32,000 bases of DNA from Geobacter sulfurreducens PCA (GTDB taxonomy: Bacteria; Desulfobacterota; Desulfuromonadia; Geobacterales; Geobacteraceae), in contig NC_002939.5 in the NCBI RefSeq assembly GCF_000007985.2, forward strand, positions 570,001 through 602,000. The letters are read 5' to 3'. Numbering within the stretch: position 1 is the stretch's first letter; each line of letters starts with the position of its first letter. This document shows positions 17,657 to 25,480 of the stretch, one piece after another. The notes under the pieces were generated by a model, which saw nothing but the letters and a program-made list of their open reading frames with translations, had not been told where the DNA came from and searched no databases. The translations under genes were made by a program, and so were the position numbers.

Positions 17657-18970
17657 CCTTTACCATATCCAGGAACCCAAGCTGACATTCGGTTACGGGC
17701 AGAAACTCCAAGACCCCCGAGACGGTCTCATGCTCTTCGGCCCCTTCACCCGTAACAAGCTCAAGGGGCAGGTGAATATCGGTATCGTCGGCCCGGAACC
17801 ACAACGGGGATATCTGAGGGAGTATCTGAAAAGAATCCACCGACCTGTTACTCCGGAAACTCCCGACAAAGCACGTCCTTCATTCCCCGGCCTGGAAGCC
17901 GCCTTCGACATCTTTATCAACTTTGACAATCTTGCCGAGATTGATGTCAAAAGCTCAGAAGTTGAGAGATGCCTGAGATTCACCGATGGCTATCAACGGG
18001 TTCACAACCTGACGAACTTGTATGCCACCCCCCTTGAAAAATATGGCAACGAGGAAGAGATGCCTGTCACGGTATGGTTCGTTGTCATTCCCGACAGCAT
18101 CTACACGTATGGTCGTCCCAAATCAACTATTCCGAAAGCGACAGACAACATAAGGGCAGGCTTGAAGAAAAAGGACCGTGATTCGGCGCAGTCATTTTTG
18201 TTTGATGACATGAACAAGATGCAGGAAGCTTACAACTTCGAGATTAACTTCCATCATCAATTGAAAGCAAAATTGCTCTCTGCCAAGGTCGTGACCCAGA
18301 TAATCAAAGAGAGTACCATTGCCTACGACCAGATATGGTCAGATGAAGAGAATATCCTATCCGCTAGGAAGTTCGACACTGCGAAGGCATGGAACATAGC
18401 CACAACCCTTTATTACAAGACAGGCGGAATTCCATGGAAGTTGGGGGATGTCCGGGAGAAGGTCTGCTACCTCGGTCTGGTGTACAAAAAGACCGATACC
18501 ACTGAAAGCAATACCAATGCCTGCTGTGCCGCCCAGATGTTCCTCGATAGCGGCGACGGCATGGTATTCCGGGGAAACCTGGGGCCTTGGTATAATCCGA
18601 CAACCAAGGAATTCCATCTCAGGAAGAGCGATGCGAGCGAGTTGCTGAATCAGTCTCTTGTAGCGTTCAAGGAGAAATCCGGTTTCTATCCAGAGCAGAT
18701 ATTCATCCACGCCCGGACGAATTTCAACGATGATGAGTGGGAAGGGTTTACCGGTGCTGCTGAGGGAAAGACTAACGTTGTTGGCGTGAAAATCAGGAGT
18801 GATGGGACATTCAAAATCTACCGAGATCACCCTTACTGCGTTCCCCGTGGTACGGTTCTACAGGTTTCCGATAAGCAGGGCTATTTATGGTCTCGCGGAT
18901 TCGTTCCACGTTTGCAAACCCAGATGGGCCTTGAAGTGCCGAATCCTCTGAGCATAGAAATAACCAAGGG
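17649..18970 (+). pseudogene. Short prokaryotic Argonaute (MID-PIWI), N-terminal 440 codons, interrupted by an IS
   Basis: Starts MSDLYHIQEPKLTFGYGQKLQDPRDGLMLFGPF, a typical short-pAgo N-terminus. A MID-like string is FHHQLKAKLL...VTQIIKEST. The PIWI region includes YYKTGGIPWKL and CYLGLVYKK. After ...LSIEITKG the frame runs into IS sequence and stops at 19010 (MAAPVFLDTKMR* is IS-derived). Confidence 0.85.
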
Positions 18971-19035
18971 TATGGCGGCCCCGGTTTTCTTGGACACGAA
19001 AATGAGGTAAATCTAGGTGTTCAAGGAGGTCGTCA

Positions 19036-19398
19036 ATGGAAAAGGATGTCAGTGTCTCCGGTGCGGCGGAAGGAGAGCGTAGCTCGACTGGAGCAGCACC
19101 GGAAGTCAAACGTTGGAGCGCCAACCGCAAAAAGGAGGTTGTCCTGCGGTTGATGCGCGGTGAACCAATCGATGCCTTGTCCCGTGAGTTGGGCATCGAA
19201 ATCTATCGCCTGGAAGAGTGGCATCAGAAAGCACTCCAGGGGATAGAATCTGCTCTCAAGGCTCGTGAAGGTGATCCGTTGGCAGCGGAACTCGATGCAG
19301 CCTTCAAGCGCATCGGTGAGATCACCATGGAAAACGAGCTACTGCGGGAGAAAGCGAGGCGTGCCCACCCTTTGGCCCAGAGGAGATCGAAGAAATGA
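19036..19398 (+). CDS. IS3-family transposase OrfA (HTH)
   Basis: 120 aa. It has an HTH segment (KRWSANRKKEVVLRLMRGEPIDALSRELGIEIYRLEEW) followed by a leucine-zipper-like coiled coil. GGAGG lies upstream. Confidence 0.8.
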   Translation: MEKDVSVSGAAEGERSSTGAAPEVKRWSANRKKEVVLRLMRGEPIDALSRELGIEIYRLEEWHQKALQGIESALKAREGDPLAAELDAAFKRIGEITMENELLREKARRAHPLAQRRSKK

Positions 19399-20285
19399 GT
19401 GCTACGATCTCCCCTGCCACCGGTAAAGCCTATGGCGTTCAGCGCGTCTGCCTTGCCTGGGGAGTGCCCCGCTCGTCGTTCTATAGCCGTGCAGGCAGAA
19501 AAACATTGCCTGCTGTACTGCTCAAGCGTGGTCCAAAAACACCGCTCTCTGACGACGAGGTACTTTCTCTCATCCGGACCGACCTGGAGACATCCCCCTT
19601 TGTCGGCGAAGGGCACCGTAAGGTCTGGGGACGACTACGCTTCGTCAAAGGGATAAAAGTCGGCCGCAAACGAGTGTTGCGTCTCATGCGGGAGAACAAT
19701 CTGCTCTCCCCTCACCGGGTTGTTCAGGGACAGCCCAAGGACCACGCCGGCAAGATCATCACGGCGGCCCCCAACGTCATGTGGGGTACCGATGGCACCA
19801 AGATCTTCACCCTGGAAGAAGGGTGGTGCTGGTTGTTTACCGCCGTCGAGCATTGGAATGCCGAGTGCGTCGGTTGGCATGTGACCAAGAATGGCGACCG
19901 GTTTGCCGCATTGCAGCCGCTCGCCATGGGAATCAAGGCCCGTTTCGGCTCGGTCGGTGCCGCTGCTGCTCGAGGGTTGGCACTGAGGATGGATCACGGC
20001 AGCCAATACCTCTCAGAGCATTTCCAGAATCAGATCAAGTTCTGGGGAATTGCCCCAAGTTTCTCATTTGTTGCCGAACCGCAGACCAACGGGGTGACGG
20101 AACGGTTTAATCGGACTATCAAAGAGCAGGTCATCTATGGCCGCCATTACCGCACAATCGAAGAAGTAAGGATGGCAGTAGCTGACTTCATGGATCGTTA
20201 CAACCGGCTGTGGCTGGTTGAAAAGCTCGGGTTCAGAAGCCCACGACAGGCTTTCGAGGAGTATCAACTCAAGAAGGCTGCGTGA
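19395..20285 (+). CDS. IS3-family transposase OrfB (rve/DDE integrase core)
   Basis: DDE-type strings are WGTDGT, LRMDHGSQYLS and TNGVTERFNRTIKE. It overlaps the orfA stop by 4 nt (ATGA). Its frame is open back to 19320, which allows an OrfAB fusion, but I saw no canonical A6G slippery site. Confidence 0.85.
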   Translation: MSATISPATGKAYGVQRVCLAWGVPRSSFYSRAGRKTLPAVLLKRGPKTPLSDDEVLSLIRTDLETSPFVGEGHRKVWGRLRFVKGIKVGRKRVLRLMRENNLLSPHRVVQGQPKDHAGKIITAAPNVMWGTDGTKIFTLEEGWCWLFTAVEHWNAECVGWHVTKNGDRFAALQPLAMGIKARFGSVGAAAARGLALRMDHGSQYLSEHFQNQIKFWGIAPSFSFVAEPQTNGVTERFNRTIKEQVIYGRHYRTIEEVRMAVADFMDRYNRLWLVEKLGFRSPRQAFEEYQLKKAA

Positions 20286-20321
20286 CTCTTATCTTGTGTC
20301 CAGGGTACCGGGCGCGCTACA

Positions 20322-20516
20322 GAAATAACCAAGGGGGAAATGGACTTCAAAACCGTCTGTCAGGACATACTGTCACTGACCAAGTTGAATTATAACGCCT
20401 GCATATTTGGCGATGGGTTGCCCGTGACGCTTCGTTTTGCCAATAGCATCGGGGAGGTGCTGACAGCTGGCAAGAATATCAGGGCCGAAGTATTGACCTT
20501 CAAGCATTACATTTGA
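20322..20516 (+). pseudogene. Short pAgo C-terminal fragment (last about 60 codons)
   Basis: Reads EITKGEMDFKTVCQDILSLTKLNYNACIFGDGLPVTLRFANSIGEVLTAGKNIRAEVLTFKHYI*. Removing the IS plus one copy of the repeat joins 18970 to 20336 in frame. That gives 1503 nt, a 500-aa pAgo. Confidence 0.8.
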
Positions 20517-20558
20517 CACTTAACGGGCCACAATAGGACCTATAAAGCACAAAGCGAC

Positions 20559-20623
20559 GCCCAACACGCGGCGGCACACGGACTCCGCTGCGCTCCGCCG
20601 GTGCGCCTTTTGCGCGGTTGGCC
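20559..20623 (+). repeat. attC-like site (65 bp) downstream of the SPARTA cassette
   Basis: Layout: GCCCAAC (RYYYAAC), ACGCG, GCGGCAC, a 23-nt centre, GTGCGCC, TTTTGCGCG, GTTGGCC. The outer boxes are complementary except at one position. The inner boxes pair with one bulged base. It forms a GC-rich patch in AT-rich DNA. Its left arm is nearly identical to the sites at 24118 and 26717. Confidence 0.6.
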
Positions 20624-20640
20624 CACAGAAGGAGAATACG

Positions 20641-20867
20641 ATGGCAGATAACATGAATTACTCATCAGACGCGCCAATATCGAGCCCTGATAAGGATAGA
20701 TTCTCCAGATGGCCTTTTTCCAAACGGATTTCCGAGGTCATCGCTAAAAGGACTGATCCAAGTAGCATCGTGATCGGATTATATGGGGCTTGGGGTGATG
20801 GTAAAACTACAGTTCTGAACTTTATTGAGGAAGCATTAAAAACCGAATCAAATGTAATATGTATTAG
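20641..20867 (+). pseudogene. KAP-family P-loop NTPase, N-terminal fragment (interrupted by an IS)
   Basis: GAAGGAG lies upstream of the ATG. Contains DRFSRWPFSKRISEVI and Walker A GLYGAWGDGKTTVLNFI. The frame then runs into the IS end, so SRLLKLK* is IS-derived. Confidence 0.8.
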
Positions 20868-22186
20868 CAGGCTGTTGAAATTGAAATAGAGAAAACAGCC
20901 TATTTGTGGTACATTGTCGCGCATAACGCTCTACAATTATTGAGGAAAGTTATGCGCGGCTTTGACAGCAACACAGAAGCTCTCTTTACCTATGTGACAC
21001 CTGAATCCTTTGTCCCGAAGGACCACCCCTTGCGGGCCATCCGTAAAATGGCCGACGAAGCCCTGGCAGGGATGGACAAGCTCTTTGACAGCATGTACGC
21101 CACAACCGGCCGCTCCTCAATCCCACCGGAGAAGCTCTTGAAAGCCCAACTGCTGATGATCCTCTACTCCATCCGCAGCAACCGGCAGTTGGTAGAGCAG
21201 ATCCATTACAACTTCCTGTTCCGCTGGTTCCTCGGCATGGGCTTGGACGAGAAAGTCTGGGATCATTCCAGCTTTACCAAGAACAGTGACCGATTGATTG
21301 GCTCCGAAGTTGCCGCCGAGTTTCTTTCCCGGGTTCTGGCCCAGGCAGAGCGTAAGCGACTGTTGTCCCGCGAACACTTCACCGTTGACGGAACTCTCAT
21401 CGAAGCCTGGGCTTCCATCAAGAGCTTCAAGCCCAAGGATGGACCTCCTTCAGCCGGTGGTGGCGGCAGAAACGATACCGTGGATTTCAAGGGACAGAAA
21501 CTTACCAACGAAACCCATGGTTCCACCACTGACCCTGATGCCCGGCTCTACCGCAAGGGGAAGAACAAGGAAGCCAAGCTCTGCTACCAGGGACATACCC
21601 TGATGGAGAATCGTAGTGGCCTCATCATCAGGACCAAGGTGACAACGGCAACCGGTTGCGGTGAGCGCGACGCAGCAAAGGCCATGGTGCAGCAATTGCC
21701 AAGGACGACCCGACGGATCACTCTTGGCTGCGACAAAGGCTACGACACAGAATCATTCGTCAAAGAGCTGCGTAGGCTAAAGATAACGCCACACGTGGCC
21801 CAGAACACCTCCAACAGGAAATCGGCCATCGACGGCAGAACCACCAAGCATCCGAACTACACCATCAGCCAGAAGATCAGGAAACGAATCGAAGAAGGCT
21901 TTGGCTGGATGAAGACCGTGGGCAGCTTACGCAAGACGATGTACCGGGGAATCGAGAAGATCGCCATGCAACTTGATCTGCACGCTGCGGCCTACAACCT
22001 GGTTCGGATGAAAAACCTGGGTCTCGGTGTCACCTGAGAGGGGAAAACCAGGCTACATCAGCAGTATATGAGGTTGATAAAGAGCAAAAAGAACGAGAAA
22101 CAAAGGTTCTGAGCAACAAAACTGATTCAAAAAAAAACGAACTGCAAAGTTCAGCAAGTCAAATGGGGCCGATTTTCAACAGCCTG
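20868..22186 (+). mobile_element. IS5-family insertion sequence (1319 bp) inserted in the KAP NTPase gene
   Basis: Perfect 13-bp terminal inverted repeats: CAGGCTGTTGAAA at 20868-20880 and TTTCAACAGCCTG at 22174-22186. A 4-bp target duplication TTAG lies at 20864-20867 and 22187-22190, matching the YTAR preference known for IS5-group elements. The element has a single transposase ORF. Confidence 0.85.
20952..22037 (+). CDS. IS5-family DDE transposase
   Basis: 361 aa from the ATG at 20952, with GAGGAAAG upstream. The N-terminal DUF772-type region reads FVPKDHPLRAIR...SIPPEKLLKAQLLMILYSIRSNRQLVEQIHYNFLFRWFLG. The C-terminal DDE_Tnp_1-like region reads LGCDKGYD...EEGFGWMK. Confidence 0.85.
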   Translation: MRGFDSNTEALFTYVTPESFVPKDHPLRAIRKMADEALAGMDKLFDSMYATTGRSSIPPEKLLKAQLLMILYSIRSNRQLVEQIHYNFLFRWFLGMGLDEKVWDHSSFTKNSDRLIGSEVAAEFLSRVLAQAERKRLLSREHFTVDGTLIEAWASIKSFKPKDGPPSAGGGGRNDTVDFKGQKLTNETHGSTTDPDARLYRKGKNKEAKLCYQGHTLMENRSGLIIRTKVTTATGCGERDAAKAMVQQLPRTTRRITLGCDKGYDTESFVKELRRLKITPHVAQNTSNRKSAIDGRTTKHPNYTISQKIRKRIEEGFGWMKTVGSLRKTMYRGIEKIAMQLDLHAAAYNLVRMKNLGLGVT

Positions 22187-24159
22187 TTAGGTTTAATCCT
22201 TGGCGATATGGCACTGAGGAACAATTACTGGAAGGATTCTTCCATAACATTGCTGATGCTCTTGACACAAAGCTCATAACTTCAGGAGAAAAAATAAAGG
22301 ACATTTTCAAGAAAGTTGCACCTGCAGCTGCCGGTGCATTTGGTCAACAGGGGATAGGTGATGGGGTAGCTCAATTCATAGCTGGTCCGTCCCTAAGCGA
22401 ACTCAGGTCTAGAATAGAAGCAGCATTGGAAGAAACAAAAAAGAGAGTCGTGATATTAGCCGACGATATCGATCGGTTGGAAAAAGAAGAAATTCACGCA
22501 ACATTTAGACTGGTAAAGCTGACAGCCGACTTTAAATTTACTTCATATATACTTGCATTTGATGAGCAAGTGGTTTCGTCAGCATTACAAGATAGATATG
22601 GCGCAGGGGCTGAGAACGCAGGAAAAGCGTTTCTTGAAAAAATTATTCAGGTGCCACTTAATTTGCCGTCTGTCGATAGGAAGATTTTAAGAGGTTTTTG
22701 TTTTGAAGGTGTCGACAGTGCTCTCACTTTAGCTGAAATCAAGTTAACGGAACAGCAAGTTCAAGAATTTGTAAGAGACTTTACGGCTGCTTTTGACAAA
22801 AGACTAAAAACACCAAGAAAAGCCAGGATGTATGGCAATATTTTGATGTTCTCCTTGCCTATTCTTAAAGGAGAGACAAATCCAGTAGATGTCATGTTGA
22901 TAGAAGGTGTGAGAGTATTTTTTCCTAAAGTTTATGAGGTAATCAAAAAAAATGCGGAGATGTTCACCGGTAGCGTAAGAGATTCGTATGGTAGTAACCG
23001 CGATAAAGAAAAATCGCATACTATAGCCACGATTGAAAAGTCAATAGACTCGTCAGACCCGGAAGAAATTGACGGAATATTAAGCTTATTAAAATCCATG
23101 TTTCCTAAACTTCAAGCAATGTATGGAAACACACACTACGGGAGCGATTGGGAAAAAAGCTGGTCGGAGGCTCAGAGGATATGCTCTCCTGCTTATTTTC
23201 AACGGTATTTCACATATGCGATCCCTGAGGATGATATCCCAGACCAAACCATACAAAACATTATCGACGTTTCATCGAAAGATGATCTCGCTGATACTGC
23301 AAAATTATTCGATCAATTATTGACGACCCAAAATGCAGATAGGCTGATACGAAAACTACGCTCAAGGGCAAAATCTGTTTCGCAAAAATCATCAATGACA
23401 TTGGCGGGAGTTCTTTTGCTGTATTCTGACCGATTCCCTAATCCAGAAAACTTATTTAATTTCAATAATCCATTTGCTCAAGCCGCAATGCTTGTTAGTG
23501 ATCTAATCCAGAATATCTCTGAAAAAGGTGAAAAAATATCTTTATCTCAGCTCTGCATCAAAAATGCACCAGACATTGAATTCTCTGCGGAAATTTTTCG
23601 ATGGTTACGAGTGAAGGATAAAGATAGACCTGAAATAGACGGTTTTACAGAAGATGAAATAAGTGCAATAGGCAATATTTTAGCCGAGCGAATTAAATCA
23701 ATTCTGGAGGGTGATGTAGATATCACTACAGTCTACCCTAAAATATGCGGCCACTTATTGTATCAAGTAAAAAAGTACAACGGCAAATCAGATGTCGAAG
23801 AATATCTTACCAGCTTCTTCAAAACCTGTGAACAATCTATTTTCAGGTTCTTAGACACCTTCACTCCAACGGCCTGGGGGATGGAATCTGGAATCTCACA
23901 TAAGTCAGACCTCGAAAGAGAGCAGTATAATTACATAGTTGGCTTAGTTGACCCTGAGATCATCCTCTCAGCAATAACTCATGAAATAGGTCAACTGCCC
24001 TCCGTTTCGAAAGAATATCCAAGAGACGATAAAGATAGAAACCAATTGCTTGCAAACCAATTTCTTTGGTTGCACGATTATGTCCTTAAAGAGCAGGCGC
24101 GAGCTGCCGAAGAACAAGGCCAACAAGCGGCGGCAGACGGACAAGCCGCTGCGCCTTGA
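22187..24159 (+). pseudogene. KAP-family P-loop NTPase, C-terminal fragment
   Basis: Removing the IS plus one TTAG joins ...NVICI to RFNPWRYGTEEQLLEGFFHNIADAL... in frame. The split codon AG|G uses 20866, 20867 and 22191. That gives 2196 nt, a 731-aa protein. FNPWRY and Walker B VVILADDIDRLE are typical KAP features. The last about 14 codons (EEQGQQAAADGQAAAP) are encoded by the attC-like site. Confidence 0.8.
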
Positions 24160-24175
24160 GACGTTATGGTTGCCC
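24118..24175 (+). repeat. attC-like site (58 bp) overlapping the KAP 3' end
   Basis: Layout: GGCCAAC, AAGCG, GCGGCAG, ACGG, acaag, CCG, CTGCGCC, 13 nt, GTTGCCC. The left arm CCAACAAGCGGCGGCAGACGGAC matches CCAACACGCGGCGGCACACGGAC at 20561-20583 in 21 of 23 positions. Confidence 0.55.
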
Positions 24176-24222
24176 CAGCATTGCGGAATGAAAAAAAACA
24201 ACGCACATAAAGGAAAATAGCC

Positions 24223-24819
24223 ATGCGAAAAATCATCGCTCTTGAATTTGTTTCCCTCGATGGGGTCATCCAAGCGCCGGGCGGGCCGCAGGAGGATACC
24301 GACGGTAACTTCAAGTATGGCGGCTGGATTGTGCCCTATTTCGACGAGCGAAGTGGCGACATTATGCAGGAGCAGATGTCCAGAACGCGCGCTCTTTTGC
24401 TCGGAAGAAAGACCTACGAAATATTCGCCTCCTATTGGCCGACACACGAAAGCGCGTGGCCGGGCATCAACTCGGCGACGAAGTACGTTGTTTCGGATAC
24501 GCTTACAGAGTCGCTTTGGGACAACACGGTCATTATCAAAGATCACGTCGTGGAAGAAATACGGAGATTGAAGCAGCAAGTCGGCCCTGACCTACAGGTG
24601 TATGGCAGTAGCAACCTTCTCCAGACGCTCTTACAGCATGACCTGGCAGATGAGTTGTGGCTCAAGATTTTTCCTGTTACCCTCGGCACGGGCAAGCGTC
24701 TTTTCGGCGAAGGGACGATGCCGGCGGCATTCACGCTCATGCACTCTGAGGCAACGCCACGTGGTGTCATCGTCGCCAATTACGAGCGTGCCGGTGAGGT
24801 GCAGACGGGCTCGTTTTGA
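24223..24819 (+). CDS. Dihydrofolate-reductase-family protein (RibD C-terminal domain type)
   Basis: 198 aa. MRKIIALEFVSLDGVIQAPGGPQEDTDGNFKYGGW...LLLGRKTYEIFASYWP...QVYGSSNLLQTLLQHDLADELWLKIFPVTLGTGKRLF is the typical RibD_C/YyaP-like pattern. AAAGGAAAA lies upstream. Confidence 0.8.
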   Translation: MRKIIALEFVSLDGVIQAPGGPQEDTDGNFKYGGWIVPYFDERSGDIMQEQMSRTRALLLGRKTYEIFASYWPTHESAWPGINSATKYVVSDTLTESLWDNTVIIKDHVVEEIRRLKQQVGPDLQVYGSSNLLQTLLQHDLADELWLKIFPVTLGTGKRLFGEGTMPAAFTLMHSEATPRGVIVANYERAGEVQTGSF

Positions 24820-24840
24820 GCTTGGATTTTCATTGCATCC

Positions 24841-24878
24841 GCGCAGCGGAATGCATCGCCGCCTGCAACGGGTTGGGA
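24841..24878 (+). repeat. Partial attC-like site (right half only?)
   Basis: GCGCAGCGGAATGCATCGCCGCCTGCAACGGGTTGGGA ends in a GTTGGGA box. Its reverse complement (CCCAAC..GGCGGC..TCCGCTGCGC) shares blocks, in the same order, with the site at 20559. I found no convincing RYYYAAC partner upstream. Confidence 0.3.
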
Positions 24879-24962
24879 CGGTCTACGGGGACATGGTTGA
24901 TTAGTTGAGTAGCGAAGGGTAAGTCGACAAATCAACTCCGTCCCCTGGTGGACCTCGAAACT

Positions 24963-25391
24963 ATGAAATCAAAGTGGAAGAAAATCCTGCTCTGGAGTGG
25001 AGGTTTCGTTTTGGCGGCGATTGCCGTGGCCAAGGTAGTCGACATCAACGAACGCCCAAAACGAGTGGCTTCAATCTTGAACATACCTTCACTTCCGAAA
25101 TCCGCACGAGTCATCGATTGCAATGCTGCATTCATTCCCACAGATGTTGTTGATACGTGCTCAATAGAAATAGATGCGAACGATTTCCCAGACCTGCTCA
25201 GTGGCTATAACTTTTCCGAATCGCCAACAACAGAAACGAGTCATTCCGCTGTTTTCACTAAAGTCGGACCTGAGTTCCCTCTCGCAGTGGAATTCACCGC
25301 AGTTCCGAAGGAACTCAAGCACGGCGGCCATGTGAAGGTCTTAGCCGACCGAGAGCGGAGGCGTGCAGTGATCGACTTGTATGTCGAGTAA
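24963..25391 (+). CDS. Hypothetical membrane-anchored protein
   Basis: MKSKWKKILLWSGGFVLAAIAVAKVV is an N-terminal TM anchor. A roughly 115-aa soluble domain with 2 Cys follows. I recognise no family. An alternative GTG start lies at 24948, and the RBS is weak for both starts. Confidence 0.5.
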   Translation: MKSKWKKILLWSGGFVLAAIAVAKVVDINERPKRVASILNIPSLPKSARVIDCNAAFIPTDVVDTCSIEIDANDFPDLLSGYNFSESPTTETSHSAVFTKVGPEFPLAVEFTAVPKELKHGGHVKVLADRERRRAVIDLYVE

Positions 25392-25394
25392 AAA

Positions 25395-25414
25395 GTCCAA
25401 CCAGGAAGTTGGAC
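25395..25414 (+). repeat. Minimal R-box palindrome (GTCCAAC-caggaa-GTTGGAC)
   Basis: Perfect consensus RYYYAAC and GTTRRRY boxes are separated by only 6 nt, 4 nt after the stop of the preceding gene. Further CAAC boxes follow (GGTCAAC, GCCCAAC). It is too short for a functional attC and may be a collapsed site or just a hairpin. Confidence 0.3.
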
Positions 25415-25480
25415 CAGCCGAGCTGGTCAACTCCCCGCCCAACTGGGCGCAATCAAATTTACTGACAAGCAGAGGCGACT

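Larger units (their letters stand above)
18971..20321 (+). mobile_element. IS3-family insertion sequence (about 1.35 kb) inserted in the pAgo gene
   Basis: There are two transposase ORFs, and orfB lies in the -1 frame relative to orfA. The terminal inverted repeats are imperfect, about 26-27 bp: TATGGCGGCCCCGGTTTTCTTGGACAC at the left end versus the reverse complement of the right end, TGTAGCGCGCCCGGTACCCTGGACAC. The element is flanked by the direct repeat (A)GAAATAACCAAGGG at 18956-18970 and 20321-20335. Confidence 0.85.

Noticed and set aside
17604-19010. The 468-aa track ORF treated as an intact gene, and likewise 20641-20889 as an 82-aa gene
   Set aside because: Both are truncated defence genes whose last codons and stops are supplied by inserted IS sequence. 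They are reported as pseudogene fragments instead.
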